From NCBI GenBank assembly GCA_002633005.1, contig NMRA01000270.1, positions 208,345 to 272,344 of the forward strand: a DNA stretch of 64,000 nucleotides, read 5' to 3'. Shown here piece after piece: positions 48,546-61,700 of the stretch. The notes beneath the pieces are model-generated. The model saw only the letters and a list, made by a program, of their open reading frames with translations, had not been told where the DNA came from and did not search any database. The stretch is from Phoronis australis (taxonomy: Eukaryota; Animalia; Phoronida). A program made the translations under genes and the position numbers. The stretch's first letter is position 1. Each line of letters begins with the position of its first letter.

Positions 48546-49977
48546 TTTCGCCAATTAATGCAGAATTCTCTGTCACGTTGTTTTGGGCCAGGCCATCGCA
48601 AACAAACGCATGACATCGCCTGCAAAAGTTCTCAGCTATTGGGTCACAGCATTGTCACTCAGTCTTAACTTTGTCGTAGGTCTCTGACTTAGCTAGTCAA
48701 TCTACACAATAGTATGTATGCATAAACAAGACATTCACACACCTGGTCATGCGTGTCTCTAACTGACGCAGCAAGCAAGCTGGTCGTGAATTGGTTTTCA
48801 AAACTGCGACGAAGGACGGGTTCTTTTCACAAACTTGTAGTGGCACAAAATGAAAGTTTCCGTGACTGAACAAGATCTTGGCATGTGTCGTTTCCAGCAA
48901 CGAGAACAGAAGCTGCATGTAGGATCACATTTATCGCCAGTTCGACCGCACGACAGGGCGGTGAAAACATCCAGCAGGCGAAACAAAGAAAAATGAGAAT
49001 CGAAGCTGGATAAAATAGTTTATTATGCACAACAGGCCGAAGCACAAATGCAAACCGAAAGCTGCAAAAGTCCCAGCAAGTCCCCGCTCCCAAGCAAGTA
49101 TTGCGCCGCCATGAGTGGTGATCCACTTTTAAATAGTGCATTGCCATTTGAGAGGTCAACAAGCTCTGCGGACTTACCGAACACTTCCCAGGGCATCAGT
49201 TGCAAGTAATTACGTATCGCTTAGCAAATCATACTCTTTCTTACCTTGCTTACCCTTTCTTTGTAGATTTTTCAAAAAACGAGACGTTGCCCCAAAATTT
49301 CTCCTGCAATCTGCATATATATATATATATATTACGACCGTTACTTAACTTGCCTTTTGACTCATCATATCTTTGCATGTAGGCCCTGTCTCACCAATGT
49401 CGAAGTCTGCCATAAAACCTTAATAAAACCAACTGGAGTGGAAACAGGCTCTTAGTTTCCTGAATTGCCTCACAATTTTTTTAGTATGTTAACAATTCCT
49501 CTCACAGAATCGCCAATTTAGCTTCCGTAAGCCAAGAAGTAGGAATAGTGTGAAACACATGTATTACGGAATAGCGACAAGTCATACTAAGTTGTGAAAG
49601 ATACACTCCCACTCTTTATTGCAAAACTCAGCTGAACTTGAGTCAGGCACAAGTGAAGGCACGTTTGCCTCCGATGCACTGAGCGCGTCAATGGCCAGGC
49701 CTGCGTTCTGTGGACGCAAGAAACTCGCGAAAACGCAAGCTCACTCAAGTTTTCGCATACGACATGCCTTTCAAGTGATACACGTGATCGCACTAGTATT
49801 TCTCGCGATTGTCCTGGGTCTGGGTAACGCAACCCAGCTCGATTGCACGCTGCGATGCAACAGGCCCAACTTGCAAAAATGTGTCGCTGGCGGACACGAC
49901 GTCATACTTTGCTCACAAGCACATAACTACAGCTAGGCGTGTTATATATTCGATATGATCTACACAACAACGTGTGC

Positions 49978-50211
49978 CTATGTCTCTACACCATCTTTCT
50001 CTTGGACGTCAACACCAAGATATTCGCGCACAATGTTTTTGTTGAGCCGCTCGAAGTATTCCTGATGGTCCTCAATAATCCCTTTACTAGCCGTGTTACG
50101 ATTTTTCCTCTCTTGTTTACCCAAGTATATATAGAAACCCGCGCTAACGAAGCATGCAACGAATGCCGCTATGGCTGCTTTTAGTTGAAACTTCCCTCTT
50201 ACTATTCCCAT
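49978..50211 (-). CDS. Putative 77-aa single-pass membrane microprotein
   Basis: ATG-initiated ORF with a basic N-terminus, one hydrophobic segment (AAIAAFVACFVSAGFYIYL) and a charged tail. Splice acceptor ctgtttcAG 10 nt upstream of the ATG, candidate donors at 50504/50512, and AATAAA on minus at 49615-49620. Confidence 0.55.
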   Translation of the reverse strand: MGIVRGKFQLKAAIAAFVACFVSAGFYIYLGKQERKNRNTASKGIIEDHQEYFERLNKNIVREYLGVDVQEKDGVET

Positions 50212-50639
50212 AGTCTTTTCACTGAAACAGAATCAAACGACAAACAAGTAGTCAGACGGCTGGAGGTGTCACACTGAAATCGGACATTACCGATGCCAGA
50301 TACTCTTTGAAGCATTTGCTCAGTGTTTAGCTGTTTAAAAGCGAAAATGGAATTAAGCCACTTAATCCGTCTAATAATTCTTTAACGAGATAGGACTCTG
50401 TTTCCATTGCCATTAAGACCTTCGAAGATTCAAGAAAACGCTTCAGAGCTTGTTTGGGTTGGCCAACTCTGAAATTGCGAGTGGCGAAAATGGCGCATGC
50501 TTACGAATTTACCGTGACTTGAGTTGAGCCGAAAACAATCCAAAGGCGGATGAGCGCTGTGATATTTTTCAAACCCAAAAGTGCTTCTGGAATTGATAGC
50601 TAGACAGCAGCGAAATGCTTCGTTAATCTATTTCATTAA

Positions 50640-50988
50640 AAGGATACTAAACCCTGTTTTGATGATTTCAACCAATCCTCGTTCTGTCACCTGCTAATGC
50701 ATCATTGGCGTCAATCTTACAACTTAAAGGCAGGAATTAATTAAAAACTTATACTTCCTATGTCACGGGTTGGACATTACGTGGTCTTTTCCCACAATTG
50801 CCGTGTAATTCGCTAAATGCGTAAGTCACGATTGCCCATTTAGCACTAGACTTTGAAAGAGTGTTCAAATTTTCCTCCAAACTTTTGAGGGTTGTCGAGG
50901 GTTACATAGCATTATTTTGTTTCTGAAAACTGGACGGGAAAGTGGTTTTTAGATCTGTGAACAGGTCAAAACCGGGTTTAGTATTCTT
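50640..50988. mobile_element. TTAA-flanked non-autonomous DNA transposon (Kolobok-like), copy 2
   Basis: TTAA|aaggatactaaacc ... ggtttagtattctt|TTAA. Confidence 0.8.
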
Positions 50989-53900
50989 TTAATCGATTCA
51001 AGGTTATTTTGGGACAATTTACTTACAGTGTACGAGATATCAGAATGCTTCACCTTTTATGGCGCTTGAACAGTGTTTTTTGTCTCGCTATCATGCTGTG
51101 AGTTATAAAAAAGGAACGTGGTAAGTATCAGAGGATAAGTTTTATGTTTGATATCACAAGAATGTGATAAAAATTAAAAACAAAGTCGCCCCTAACCCCC
51201 TTCCCACATCGTTCACAGCCATACTCGCTCTGAACACTGACACCGTTTGCGCAACACGTGATCGTTTTGTTTCCAACTAAAATGAAGAAATTTATTGACC
51301 CTCGTGCATTAATCTCAAACAAAAACTTTGAACTAGGAAGTACGCAATTATCAATACTCGTGTTTATGGGATCACAACATACAAGGACAACCGACATGTA
51401 TTGTTGAGCGCACAGCGGGTTCAATAGCATGTTCACTGTACCTTAAAGAGGCCTGGAACGCAATTAACAGACTAAATTGCAATATTGAAAGTGGTTCTCT
51501 GCCACCGAAACAGAATTCAACCTGCTCATCGGGTATTCTTAGAGTGTATTCGTAAAGATTTTTAATTTCTATCCATATCAAAGCATTTTCTTTTAGTTTC
51601 AAATTAAAAAAAAACAATTTGTCAGCTGCTCGCCACTTCGTCGATTTTTCTCCCACAAGGCAGCGCACGTCTCCTTATTTGGTATGGCAAGACATAGATG
51701 TAGCACATTTCCCTTATATAGAAAATGTGACTTAGATCTCAAGCGACTTCGAGCAAGTGACTGTGAGCGCATGCGCGTATTTATCATCAGTGGGAGGAAG
51801 ATAAGAAACTCTGTGATAACCATAGAGTCTTTCCTTCGCGTGTATTTCAAAAATCGTGATTTTTTTGGAAATTTCACCACAGGGGAAAGTGAATTACTTT
51901 GCACTAGAGGCAGCTAGATGGTACTTTCGTCAGGAATTGTTTAAAGCTAGTTTCACATTCTCAACGTATGAACTTTTTTATTCTCATTTTTGAAGTTTAA
52001 AAGCAGCAGTTGTGAAATGATTCTGCTTAAAACGAATAATTGGATGTGTTTGGAAGCAGAGACTTTTCACTGTTGATTTGTGCGTAGAGATTTAGTTGTA
52101 CGAAGTGGACCAAGAGAAGGGAACCGTGAGCGAGGGTACAGAATAGCTTTCACGGGCATCGAATAATGTCCGAGACCAGGGGTTGGTTCGCCCGCGAACA
52201 AGGAAATATATTCGCGAGTGATCCGGGAAGGGGAATGTGTGTCCGCGGAATGTGGAATAGCGTCTCGAGAGAATTTTGTGTGCGGCAGACCCCCTTGCAG
52301 AGCGTGGTCAGTGAAGTGCCTTAGCTCAGTTAGAGAACTAGTAGTCACTTACGGAATTTCTTTTGGCACCGATTGTATGTCCGGGTACAAGTTGGCCAGT
52401 ACTAATAGCTTCTTATCTAATTCTGTTGGTCGATGTGTGAGCAAGGAAGCTGAAATTAAACAACAACAATATCTCAGAACCTGGTCCATGCAATTCCAGG
52501 CAAATGCTTCTCTCTTTGGCATTACAAAAACACAATTCAAGAACAAATTTCGCGCCGTCAGCTCCGAATACAAAGTCATTTCAGAGAAAAAATAGTGCCA
52601 AATACCAATGTTGTTCCACATCCTAAACAAAGCAGACACATTAAAACAAGTCTTATCTCAAAACTTAACTCTGCATTTCGTCCTGCTTAACTGGCTTAAA
52701 ACACCAATTAAATTATGCATGATGACCAAAATTGCTCTGGGGATTCACTGATCGTCGTGGGTAGACGGTCAAGTGAGATGACCAGACAAGCGGAAGCAGT
52801 GATGTTTGTGGACGCTGTAGATTGACATCAAGGACTTAGAAACGTAAGCTACACGGCTATGGATTTTTGTCTGGAAGTTTGTCTGGACATTTTTCGTCTT
52901 TCATTAACTTCCTTTACGGGATTTTAGTACTCAGTGCTTGGAAGCAATTTCTTCTATAGGCGTTTCAAGGGGAATCACTGAGCCTTCTGGGCAGAAGGTT
53001 AAGTGAGATGACCAGACAAGCGGAAGTACTGGTGGCTTCGGGCGCTATCTGTGGACAGTAACTTTATTCAAATGACAAAGGTGAATTGCAGAGGAATGCG
53101 GCCTAGCTGGTTACGGACCTTTGTCGGGACAAATATTCTTTCCAAAGATTTCAAATGCAGTAAATGGAAGGAATCTGGCAGTGGACGCTATCTCATTGGG
53201 GGACCACTGAACTTTGTGGAGTAGAGGGAAAGTGGGATGGCCAGTCTTGGTCTATCTGGGGAATCGCTAGATTTGACTTTTGTGGGAGTGAGTTACGTGA
53301 TATGACCAGAGAAGCAAAAGCGGCGGCGGGTGTGTGCACTAATGTTAACTTGGATCAATCGTTAAGTATTAACTGAGAACGAATTATGGTCTACGTGGCT
53401 TCTGCAACCTCTCGCTCAGGAAGAAGTGCCAGGGTGACTATTAAACATGCGAGGTCTAAAGTATCAATTCAGGTGTCGTGTGTCATGGGCCGGGCCAAGT
53501 CAGGCAACGTCTGATTCATAGGACCGCCTGCATTTTTTTAAAACTCAAGTCACAGGGCAATGCACACAAGTGTCAGTTTTTAATTCGCAATTTTAGGGTT
53601 GGCCAACCTTAATAGGTCTAAAATCTGAAGCGTATTGATGAGTCTATGATGGTTTCGATGTTCTAGTTGGTAATACAATCCTAACATGGTAAGGAATAGT
53701 CGATACTCTATACCGATTCGATTTTCGTTTTTCAGACAGCTAAACAGGGCCCAATGTAGCTTGAACAGTAAAACCTTTTGTCGGATGTAATACAGTATTA
53801 CCTGGCGCCGTGTTTCTGCATCGCCTGGCCAACCACACGGGCGACCGTCCTTCGCAACAAACCTCCCTACCAACTGCCAGCGCGGTCCTTCGAAATGCTG

Positions 53901-55121
53901 CCATTCTGTAACAGTATAGCTATATTCGATCATCACATTGACAGCGTAGTGTGCCGTGACGATTTCGTTTACATGTATCAGCTCATTCGGCACACGTCGT
54001 ACCTGACATTTCCCTCGGGGAGGGAAGTGAATCAGGTGATGTTTCTCATGGTGCCTGAATCTGGTGTTGAGTGGTAACGAAGATAGGTGAGACATTGCTG
54101 CGTTGCTGTGCATTCCACGTTATCTTCAAAATATACTCATAAATTAAGTTTTCCTTTTTCCGATAGAAACGTTTCAGACTTTAGCCTGCCATTCAAGTGA
54201 CACAGATCGGGATATATTCGTAACACCTTGGGCATTTTCGTTTCTTTGTCCTATGACATACGTTAATGGCGTAAGTTTGGTTTGAAACGGTCGACTCCAA
54301 TGTACGACACTATTGGAAATCTCCCCACACACACCTGGGTATGCTGTTGATGTATAGATGGCGCTAAAGTCAAATACAGTCAGCGCGTGAGCTTCGGCAG
54401 CAGGTAATGTCATCCTGATGAATGATGGATTAGACATGTAATTTCACATTTTTACCGTAAAAGGGCATTGAAGGTCATAACGTTATAATCGAGAATGGCT
54501 AATTTATATTCGGGGTCATTTGCACTTTGCTGTGACAAAAATAATTCAAGTAGGATATTCTGTTGTTCGTGTTTGTCTACAATTTTTTCAATATTATCAA
54601 AGAACGAATAGCCAACTAATATTTTACTAAATCTGAGTATCATTGGCAGAAACACTTGAAAATGATGAGTGGACTTATTTCTGAAGAAATTGTCTAATTG
54701 TATTCGAATACATGGCCCAGGTTTCAGTTACCTTTGAGCTCGCTGATTTTAAATCTTCCCAAGATGCAGTATTTATTTACTTTATTTAAAATTCTTTAAT
54801 TAAAAGACTGCGTAACCACCTCAGTAAATAAACTGATTTCCTAGTGTGCCCTGCCGCAAATATTAACATCAAGATAAAATACAAAGCAGACAAGTACAAT
54901 TAAATTATTATTTAAAATCTATAAATTACTATATACAACACCATGTCTCAAACGTGTTGGTCTATTTACACCAACCTCTAGCCTTATTTCCTTTGGCACG
55001 ACGTTTCGTCTATTATTTCTCCGGCCACCTAGACGTGTTACAGTGTGCCATAGGTAATTCAGTCATTTTTTAACTTCCGGAGAAATTTCCCAGGTTGAGT
55101 ATAGTAGCCATCTCGTGGAGA

Positions 55122-55391
55122 CAAAAAATCTACAGAGTCAAATTCACGTGCTGTTATTCATAATACACGGCAATATTTCTTATATTATCGCAAAGATTTG
55201 ATTTTCTAGTGAGGTCCTAGTGTTATTGAACTCTAGCCAGATCTTATAATCTTCTTTATAATTGCCTAACGAGGGGAAGCCAGGGTAGAGTTCAATAATG
55301 ATAATGCGTCGCTAGAAAAGTAAGAGCTCGCGAGGTTCCGCGAAATATCGCCGTGTATTTTCAGTGCACGTAACTTCCGCTAGATTTTTTT
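55122..55391. mobile_element. Degenerate foldback MITE; related fragments at ~5340-5400 and ~60240-60390
   Basis: Nested inverted blocks aaaaaatcta / aatacacggcaatattt / ttattgaactcta versus tagagttcaataa / aaatatcgccgtgtatt / tagattttttt. Confidence 0.6.
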
Positions 55392-55625
55392 CGCCGCGCG
55401 AAAACTAATCGCGAATTCTATCCATGCATGTGATGCTTGGCTGACTGAGGACAGAATGGTCCCACCTTAGCTCTCACGTAATCATTTTTTCCAGTAATGG
55501 GACTGAACACCTTTGTTGTAGTTTTTGTACTGCATCCTGCGCTAGTGCCTGTTTGCAGTACTGATACACACCATGTCCCAACGACCGTGCACTTTTCACT
55601 GTATCATGCTATTTGTAGGAAATTT

Positions 55626-55866
55626 CATGCGCGCACCCAGGGGGGGGGCTCGGGGGGCTCGAATGAGCCCCCCATTTGGCGAAGTGGGCAAAAAGGTCCG
55701 CCTGCGAGAAACAAATAGTACGAGAATATGAGACAAAAAGTCCCAACAAGCACAATTCACAGTGGTGCACCCGTTTTCTTTTTTTAGTCCGCCGGCTAAT
55801 TTGTTACCAAAAGGTACACAACGTTAGGAATTCGAGACCCCATATTGAAGGCTGGGTGCGGGCATG
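55626..55866 (+). mobile_element. MITE family B copy
   Basis: catgcgcgcacccag ... ctgggtgcgggcatg TIRs. Confidence 0.8.
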
Positions 55867-56972
55867 TATTTAGAATAATACATAATAATAAGAGATCAAA
55901 CAACCTTTTTAAATACGACCGTGACGACATCTATCGGGAATAACGACAGATTCATCTTCACTCAGTGAGTGCACAGATGTATTTTGTCAACGCGCTAACA
56001 CTCGTTTGTAAATTAGTGATATTCCAAGTGAGTCCCAAAATTATCGGCTTTTATGAGAAATTTTCCACTCTGGCGACATAGATTTTGTTCACATGATGAA
56101 CCCCACGAGTCACTAACCAGTAGGTTACTGTGGCAGCTAAGAAAGGATTGACGTAGTAATACTAACTCCACGACTCTAAGATGAAAACAAAAATAACCGA
56201 GCGAGAAAAAATTGTTAGAGAAAAAATTGTTAATAGTTCTCGAGAATAAGCAACTTACTTGTAATGTTCGCTTCAAGAATGTGTCTGTACAATCGTTCTC
56301 GTTCGATACCGTGAAAGACTTGCCTTGTTTGCGTTTGTTCTAGCTAGGTCGCGAAATAGATATGCGGAAATCCCATCACGTTTGGTTATTAAATGGGTCA
56401 AATTGTGACCTAAGCGTGACTGATGTGGCCTTTTGTTGCTTCGGCGCAGCTAAATACTAATAGGCCATCTATGACGTCATTACAGACCGATGGAATCCTC
56501 GATAGCAGCCGATAAGTGGTGTTTATTCAATGTTTGGCCTTCACGCATGGAACAAGGTAAGTGCTGACTTAAACGCACTCATCATTTACGAAACTGAATG
56601 ACAGGCGCAAATCCAGACTAGAGGGTTCAGCAGGTCTTATTGTATTGCAACAACAGCGGGATACAAGGTGCTCCCTGGCAATATCACGCCCTGGATGCCG
56701 CAGGCCGCATAGGGAGCCATAGTACGTCCCCACAAAAGTTACGAATTTCAAAATACAACAAAATCACATGAAACATCCATATATGCACATGGAGTTATAA
56801 TTAACACATACCATAAGTCTGGAGGCGATTCTGTCAAGATAATTTGAACAAATCGTTGAAAATCTGTCGCAACAAAGTTACGTGAAATCACGCATGTTGA
56901 CGAATCAAAAGTCCATGGAACACAAATCTTACAAACTTCACCTGATACCTTCCCATGCTATTTTGCAAGTGT

Positions 56973-58380
56973 CGCGCCAGCGTCACGCGCCAGCGTCACG
57001 CGCCAGCGTCACGCGCCAGCGTCACGCGCCAGCGTCACGCGCCAGCGTCACGCGCCAGCGTCACGCGCCAGCGTCACGCGCCAGCGTCACGCGCCAGCGT
57101 CACGCGCCAGCGTCACGCGCCAGCGTCACGCGCCAGCGTCACGCGCCAGCGTCACGCGCCAGCGTCACGCGCCAGCGTCACGCGCCAGCGTCACGCGCCA
57201 GCGTCACGCGCCAGCGTCACGCGCCAGCGTCACGCGCCAGCGTCACGCGCCAGCGTCACGCGCCAGCGTCACGCGCCAGCGTCACGCGCCAGCGTCACGC
57301 GCCAGCGTCACGCGCCAGCGTCACGCGCCAGCGTCACGCGCCAGCGTCACGCGCCAGCGTCACGCGCCAGCGTCACGCGCCAGCGTCACGCGCCAGCGTC
57401 ACGCGCCAGCGTCACGCGCCAGCGTCACGCGCCAGCGTCACGCGCCAGCGTCACGCGCCAGCGTCACGCGCCAGCGTCACGCGCCAGCGTCACGCGCCAG
57501 CGTCACGCGCCAGCGTCACGCGCCAGCGTCACGCGCCAGCGTCACGCGCCAGCGTCACGCGCCAGCGTCACGCGCCAGCGTCACGCGCCAGCGTCACGCG
57601 CCAGCGTCACGCGCCAGCGTCACGCGCCAGCGTCACGCGCCAGCGTCACGCGCCAGCGTCACGCGCCAGCGTCACGCGCCAGCGTCACGCGCCAGCGTCA
57701 CGCGCCAGCGTCACGCGCCAGCGTCACGCGCCAGCGTCACGCGCCAGCGTCACGCGCCAGCGTCACGCGCCAGCGTCACGCGCCAGCGTCACGCGCCAGC
57801 GTCACGCGCCAGCGTCACGCGCCAGCGTCACGCGCCAGCGTCACGCGCCAGCGTCACGCGCCAGCGTCACGCGCCAGCGTCACGCGCCAGCGTCACGCGC
57901 CAGCGTCACGCGCCAGCGTCACGCGCCAGCGTCACGCGCCAGCGTCACGCGCCAGCGTCACGCGCCAGCGTCACGCGCCAGCGTCACGCGCCAGCGTCAC
58001 GCGCCAGCGTCACGCGCCAGCGTCACGCGCCAGCGTCACGCGCCAGCGTCACGCGCCAGCGTCACGCGCCAGCGTCACGCGCCAGCGTCACGCGCCAGCG
58101 TCACGCGCCAGCGTCACGCGCCAGCGTCACGCGCCAGCGTCACGCGCCAGCGTCACGCGCCAGCGTCACGCGCCAGCGTCACGCGCCAGCGTCACGCGCC
58201 AGCGTCACGCGCCAGCGTCACGCGCCAGCGTCACGCGCCAGCGTCACGCGCCAGCGTCACGCGCCAGCGTCACGCGCCAGCGTCACGCGCCAGCGTCACG
58301 CGCCAGCGTCACGCGCCAGCGTCACGCGCCAGCGTCACGCGCCAGCGTCACGCGCCAGCGTCACGCGCCAGCGTCACGCG
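56973..58380. repeat. Perfect 13-bp tandem array (CGCGCCAGCGTCA), ~108 copies, ending at an assembly N
   Basis: 1408 bp / 13 = ~108 units with no variant unit noticed; n at 58381. Confidence 0.97.
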
Positions 58381-58381
58381 N

Positions 58382-58760
58382 ATCATCATCATCATACTTG
58401 ATGTTATTTTACCCTCCTGGCAGTAGAATACTGATACTGAAGTAGCCTAGTTGCTTTAACATGTTTTACCCGCGTTGATTAATTCACACACCTAGGCTAC
58501 GAGAAGATCTCGCAAATTTAGAAGAAATATCTACGAACGCATGAGAACTAGCACAGAAAATTTGTGACTTGCTAGTTTCTCGCGTCTGGTCTCGATTCAA
58601 GAAAGCATTCGTAAGTTTGTGTCTAATTCGCTGGTTCAAGTACTGTCTAAATAGATGTTGTCTAATTTTCTTTTTCCGCATATTTGGTATTGGTGTTCTC
58701 CATTGGCCTACCTCCTGTCTACTTATAATCTGTCTGTAGATGTTTTCGTATAACAATAGT
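58382..58760 (-). mobile_element. Probable LINE 3' remnant with (GAT)n tail
   Basis: Minus-strand FL......R...S.....SSHAF resembles the LINE ORF2 C-terminal YL...R...SSH.L region; followed by an (atg)n tail at 58382-58395. Confidence 0.35.
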
Positions 58761-61700
58761 TGTTTTTATAGCAAGGTAGAAGCAAATTACCTTATGAACA
58801 CTGTAGGGAAAAATACTGAGGTAATAAATTGTTCATAGTTAATTAATTTAATGTGTATACATTGCACTATACAACGGAAAGGTTACCAGACAGCTTGAAT
58901 TGAATTAAACAAAAAGTGGGTCACACTTTTACGTGTACCTCGTGAATTCCTTTGGGTATACTAGGAAGATGGGAGTCTGGTGTGTCAACAGACATAAAAA
59001 ATATAATCGTTTGACATTTAGTTGTATCATAACAAAAAACAACTCATTGGCAATGACGTTTCTGAAGTTGTCACCTCTGCTATTCATATTTTGTATAATG
59101 GGTTTTGTGTCAGGTTTGAAAATATCACCATGGGAACAAGATTAATATTGATGTTGTGTTATTCAATAGGTTCAGTAAATTACCATTTTGACATGATTAT
59201 GCATGATTTGGTGACACTGACGGTAAAACGATTGGCATAGTTAAATTTCCCTTTAGGAAAGTGGGTGTTGACAGTTTCAGTGAAGTTTCAATACGTAACA
59301 TTCGTGATTAACACTTTTTTGCACTACAAACTTTCCGGAGATATAAAAAACAGCCGTAATGCTTAATTGACATCCACAGATGATCTCTCAGTACTGCCAC
59401 GTCACCCTCAAGTGACGACTTAAATTCAAAAAGCAAAGAAATTCGAAAGAAAACACTAATATGCCAAGCAGTCGCGTTATTAAATTGGATTGACAGCCAT
59501 TAAACTCATTTACAATTAATTACCTCGCTTCACACACTCTACTTTTGCTATAACATCAAATGGCTTTGGGGTTCCGCAGTAAACTCCAGTCTATATGAAA
59601 AATAATTTTCCTGTGATATTTGCTTAAGTCTACCCACAACTTCCACTATCTATCAGTTATGCAAAGCCCTTGATCTTGTTATACTTGAAAACATTTAAAA
59701 TTAGGTATGTGCTGAAATTTACTACAGATTTTGTGAATGGTCAATTGTTTACATGAAACCAATATTTGTGTTTCCACTCTTTATCACCCATACCAGTTCA
59801 CTGCCGCAATTCCTACTTTGTTTAACTGTTCTTCGTTAACTCCCTCCTCCCTCACCCCCGGCGCTACCTCCTCAATCCTCCCCGCCCTACACCTTCCCTG
59901 CCGTCCCCTCCCCTCTCTCTTTAAGTTTCAAAACTCTCGCTACTACATTCATTGTTACCGACTCTCGCTAACAAGGTATGTTTTAATTTCCTTTAGTGAA
60001 ATATTATTGATTTTTGTGTTATCACATAAAGCTTGGATATCTGCGTTGCTAGCTCTCAAAGGTAATTATGCTGTTCACTGGATGGGTTAAAAAAAACTCA
60101 TCTAAAGCGGCTGTAAACATTGTCACAAAAAGGCCCACTTGAGATCGCTTACTGTTAGGAATTTGGTCAAATTGTTACGCCAAATTAGAGGAGATTTCTT
60201 GGCTTAGAAAGAACCGACACTGCTTGACACCAGTCTCCAGTTCATTAACGCTAGGATCTCGCTAAAAAGCAAGACTTTGCGGGATTACGAGAGATATTGT
60301 CGTGTATTTTGAATGAGAACACGTGACTTATGTTAGATTTTAGCTAGGTCTTAGCGTAGGCTCTAGCGTTACTGAACGCACGCCAGGTTGAACAAGTCGG
60401 CTTGTCGCGGTGAGCCATTTTATGCAGCGAATATTGTCTTGAGCAACAACGAACTGTGTGTTTGAGCTTTATCAACTGAAGTCATTTTCGTCTGAGTTGG
60501 GGGAAAAATGAGATCGATTTTGTAGCTGTAAGTGGCCGAAATCGAAACTGCACGAGGCTTTATTGTCTATGTAACGCTTCCCATATATAGATGGTCCATT
60601 TTATTCATTAAGTGCTTTGATAATTCTCTACTCTTCACAGATTTTTTTCAGAAAGAACGTAAAATAATAACCAAGAATCGTTTTGTCACTCAGACTGGAA
60701 CAAAGTTAAGAGAAATTAGATTATTGGAAAGTCATTGTGCGATCGGCCAAAAAAGTGAACTCGAAATCGGACTTCTTCAAGCTGGGAAATAAAATGAAAT
60801 GACGAAATGGACTTTAAACATTATTTTCAGCCTAGATGTAGATGTGCATAATCCGTAGCTCAGGCTGTATATTGGAAAACTATAACAGCTTTGTTGTTGT
60901 TTTTTTTTTTGTATGTCAAATTGTCTACTTAAACATGTCAGTTGCTTTCTCTTTCCGCTTGCTGGCTGCCATTCAATAGCCACTTAAACAACCAAGCAAC
61001 ACGCCTCTGGCTCACCCTGTAAGTTTTCCTGTGTTTCTCCAGCATATTCTTTGTGAGTCTCTTCTCTGTTTATCATGTTACAGTTTTACTGAAGATCCCT
61101 GTGACTGGACATGGATTGACGAGTAATCCACAAATAGGACTTTCGTAAAGCTGAGATCTTTTGTTGATCGGGTTGACTATTTGGGAAGGCTTGTGAAATT
61201 ATAAGAAGTGAAAAGGTTAGTTTTTGTTATTAAAGACGAACCAGCACCACGTGATTGATAGCTGTCGAAGACAGTTTCAAGTATCGTGTCTGATTGCTAA
61301 GCTATCGTTAGTTCTTCATGGATTTATACGTTTCTGGGAGGTTCTAATTACAGGGAAGGGATGATATTAATAAAATTCGTTTCCCAGTGATTTTTATCCA
61401 GTGGAAACAAAACTAGAGTAGCTTGTGCTTAGAGATGGCAATTAACGCCTCTAAGATACGCACATAGGAGTGAGACTCTGTTATTAATTCTCTTTGAGCA
61501 CAAATAAAGAGCGGGTGGTCGCATTCCGTGGTTGTTTTACAAAGTTGTATCGCTTTCCTATGATGGGGAAAACTCCATACAAAGTTCCACTTAACTTACC
61601 GGTAATAACGAAAAGTGAAATTATGGAATAAAAAGCATGACCTTAAAAGGTTTAAGGAAGGTCGTTTGCTTAGCATTTTCTTTTATCGATTCAGCACCAG

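Noticed and set aside
52067-52639. THAP-domain remnant (HF...DAIP)
   Set aside because: The C2CH zinc ligands and conserved Trp could not be placed; resemblance too weak.
56973-58380. CRISPR-like or telomeric array
   Set aside because: No spacers, no cas genes, eukaryotic context, and the unit is not a known telomere motif.
56882-58445. 514-aa and 496-aa ORFs
   Set aside because: Only translations of the stop-free 13-bp tandem array, and they cross an N.
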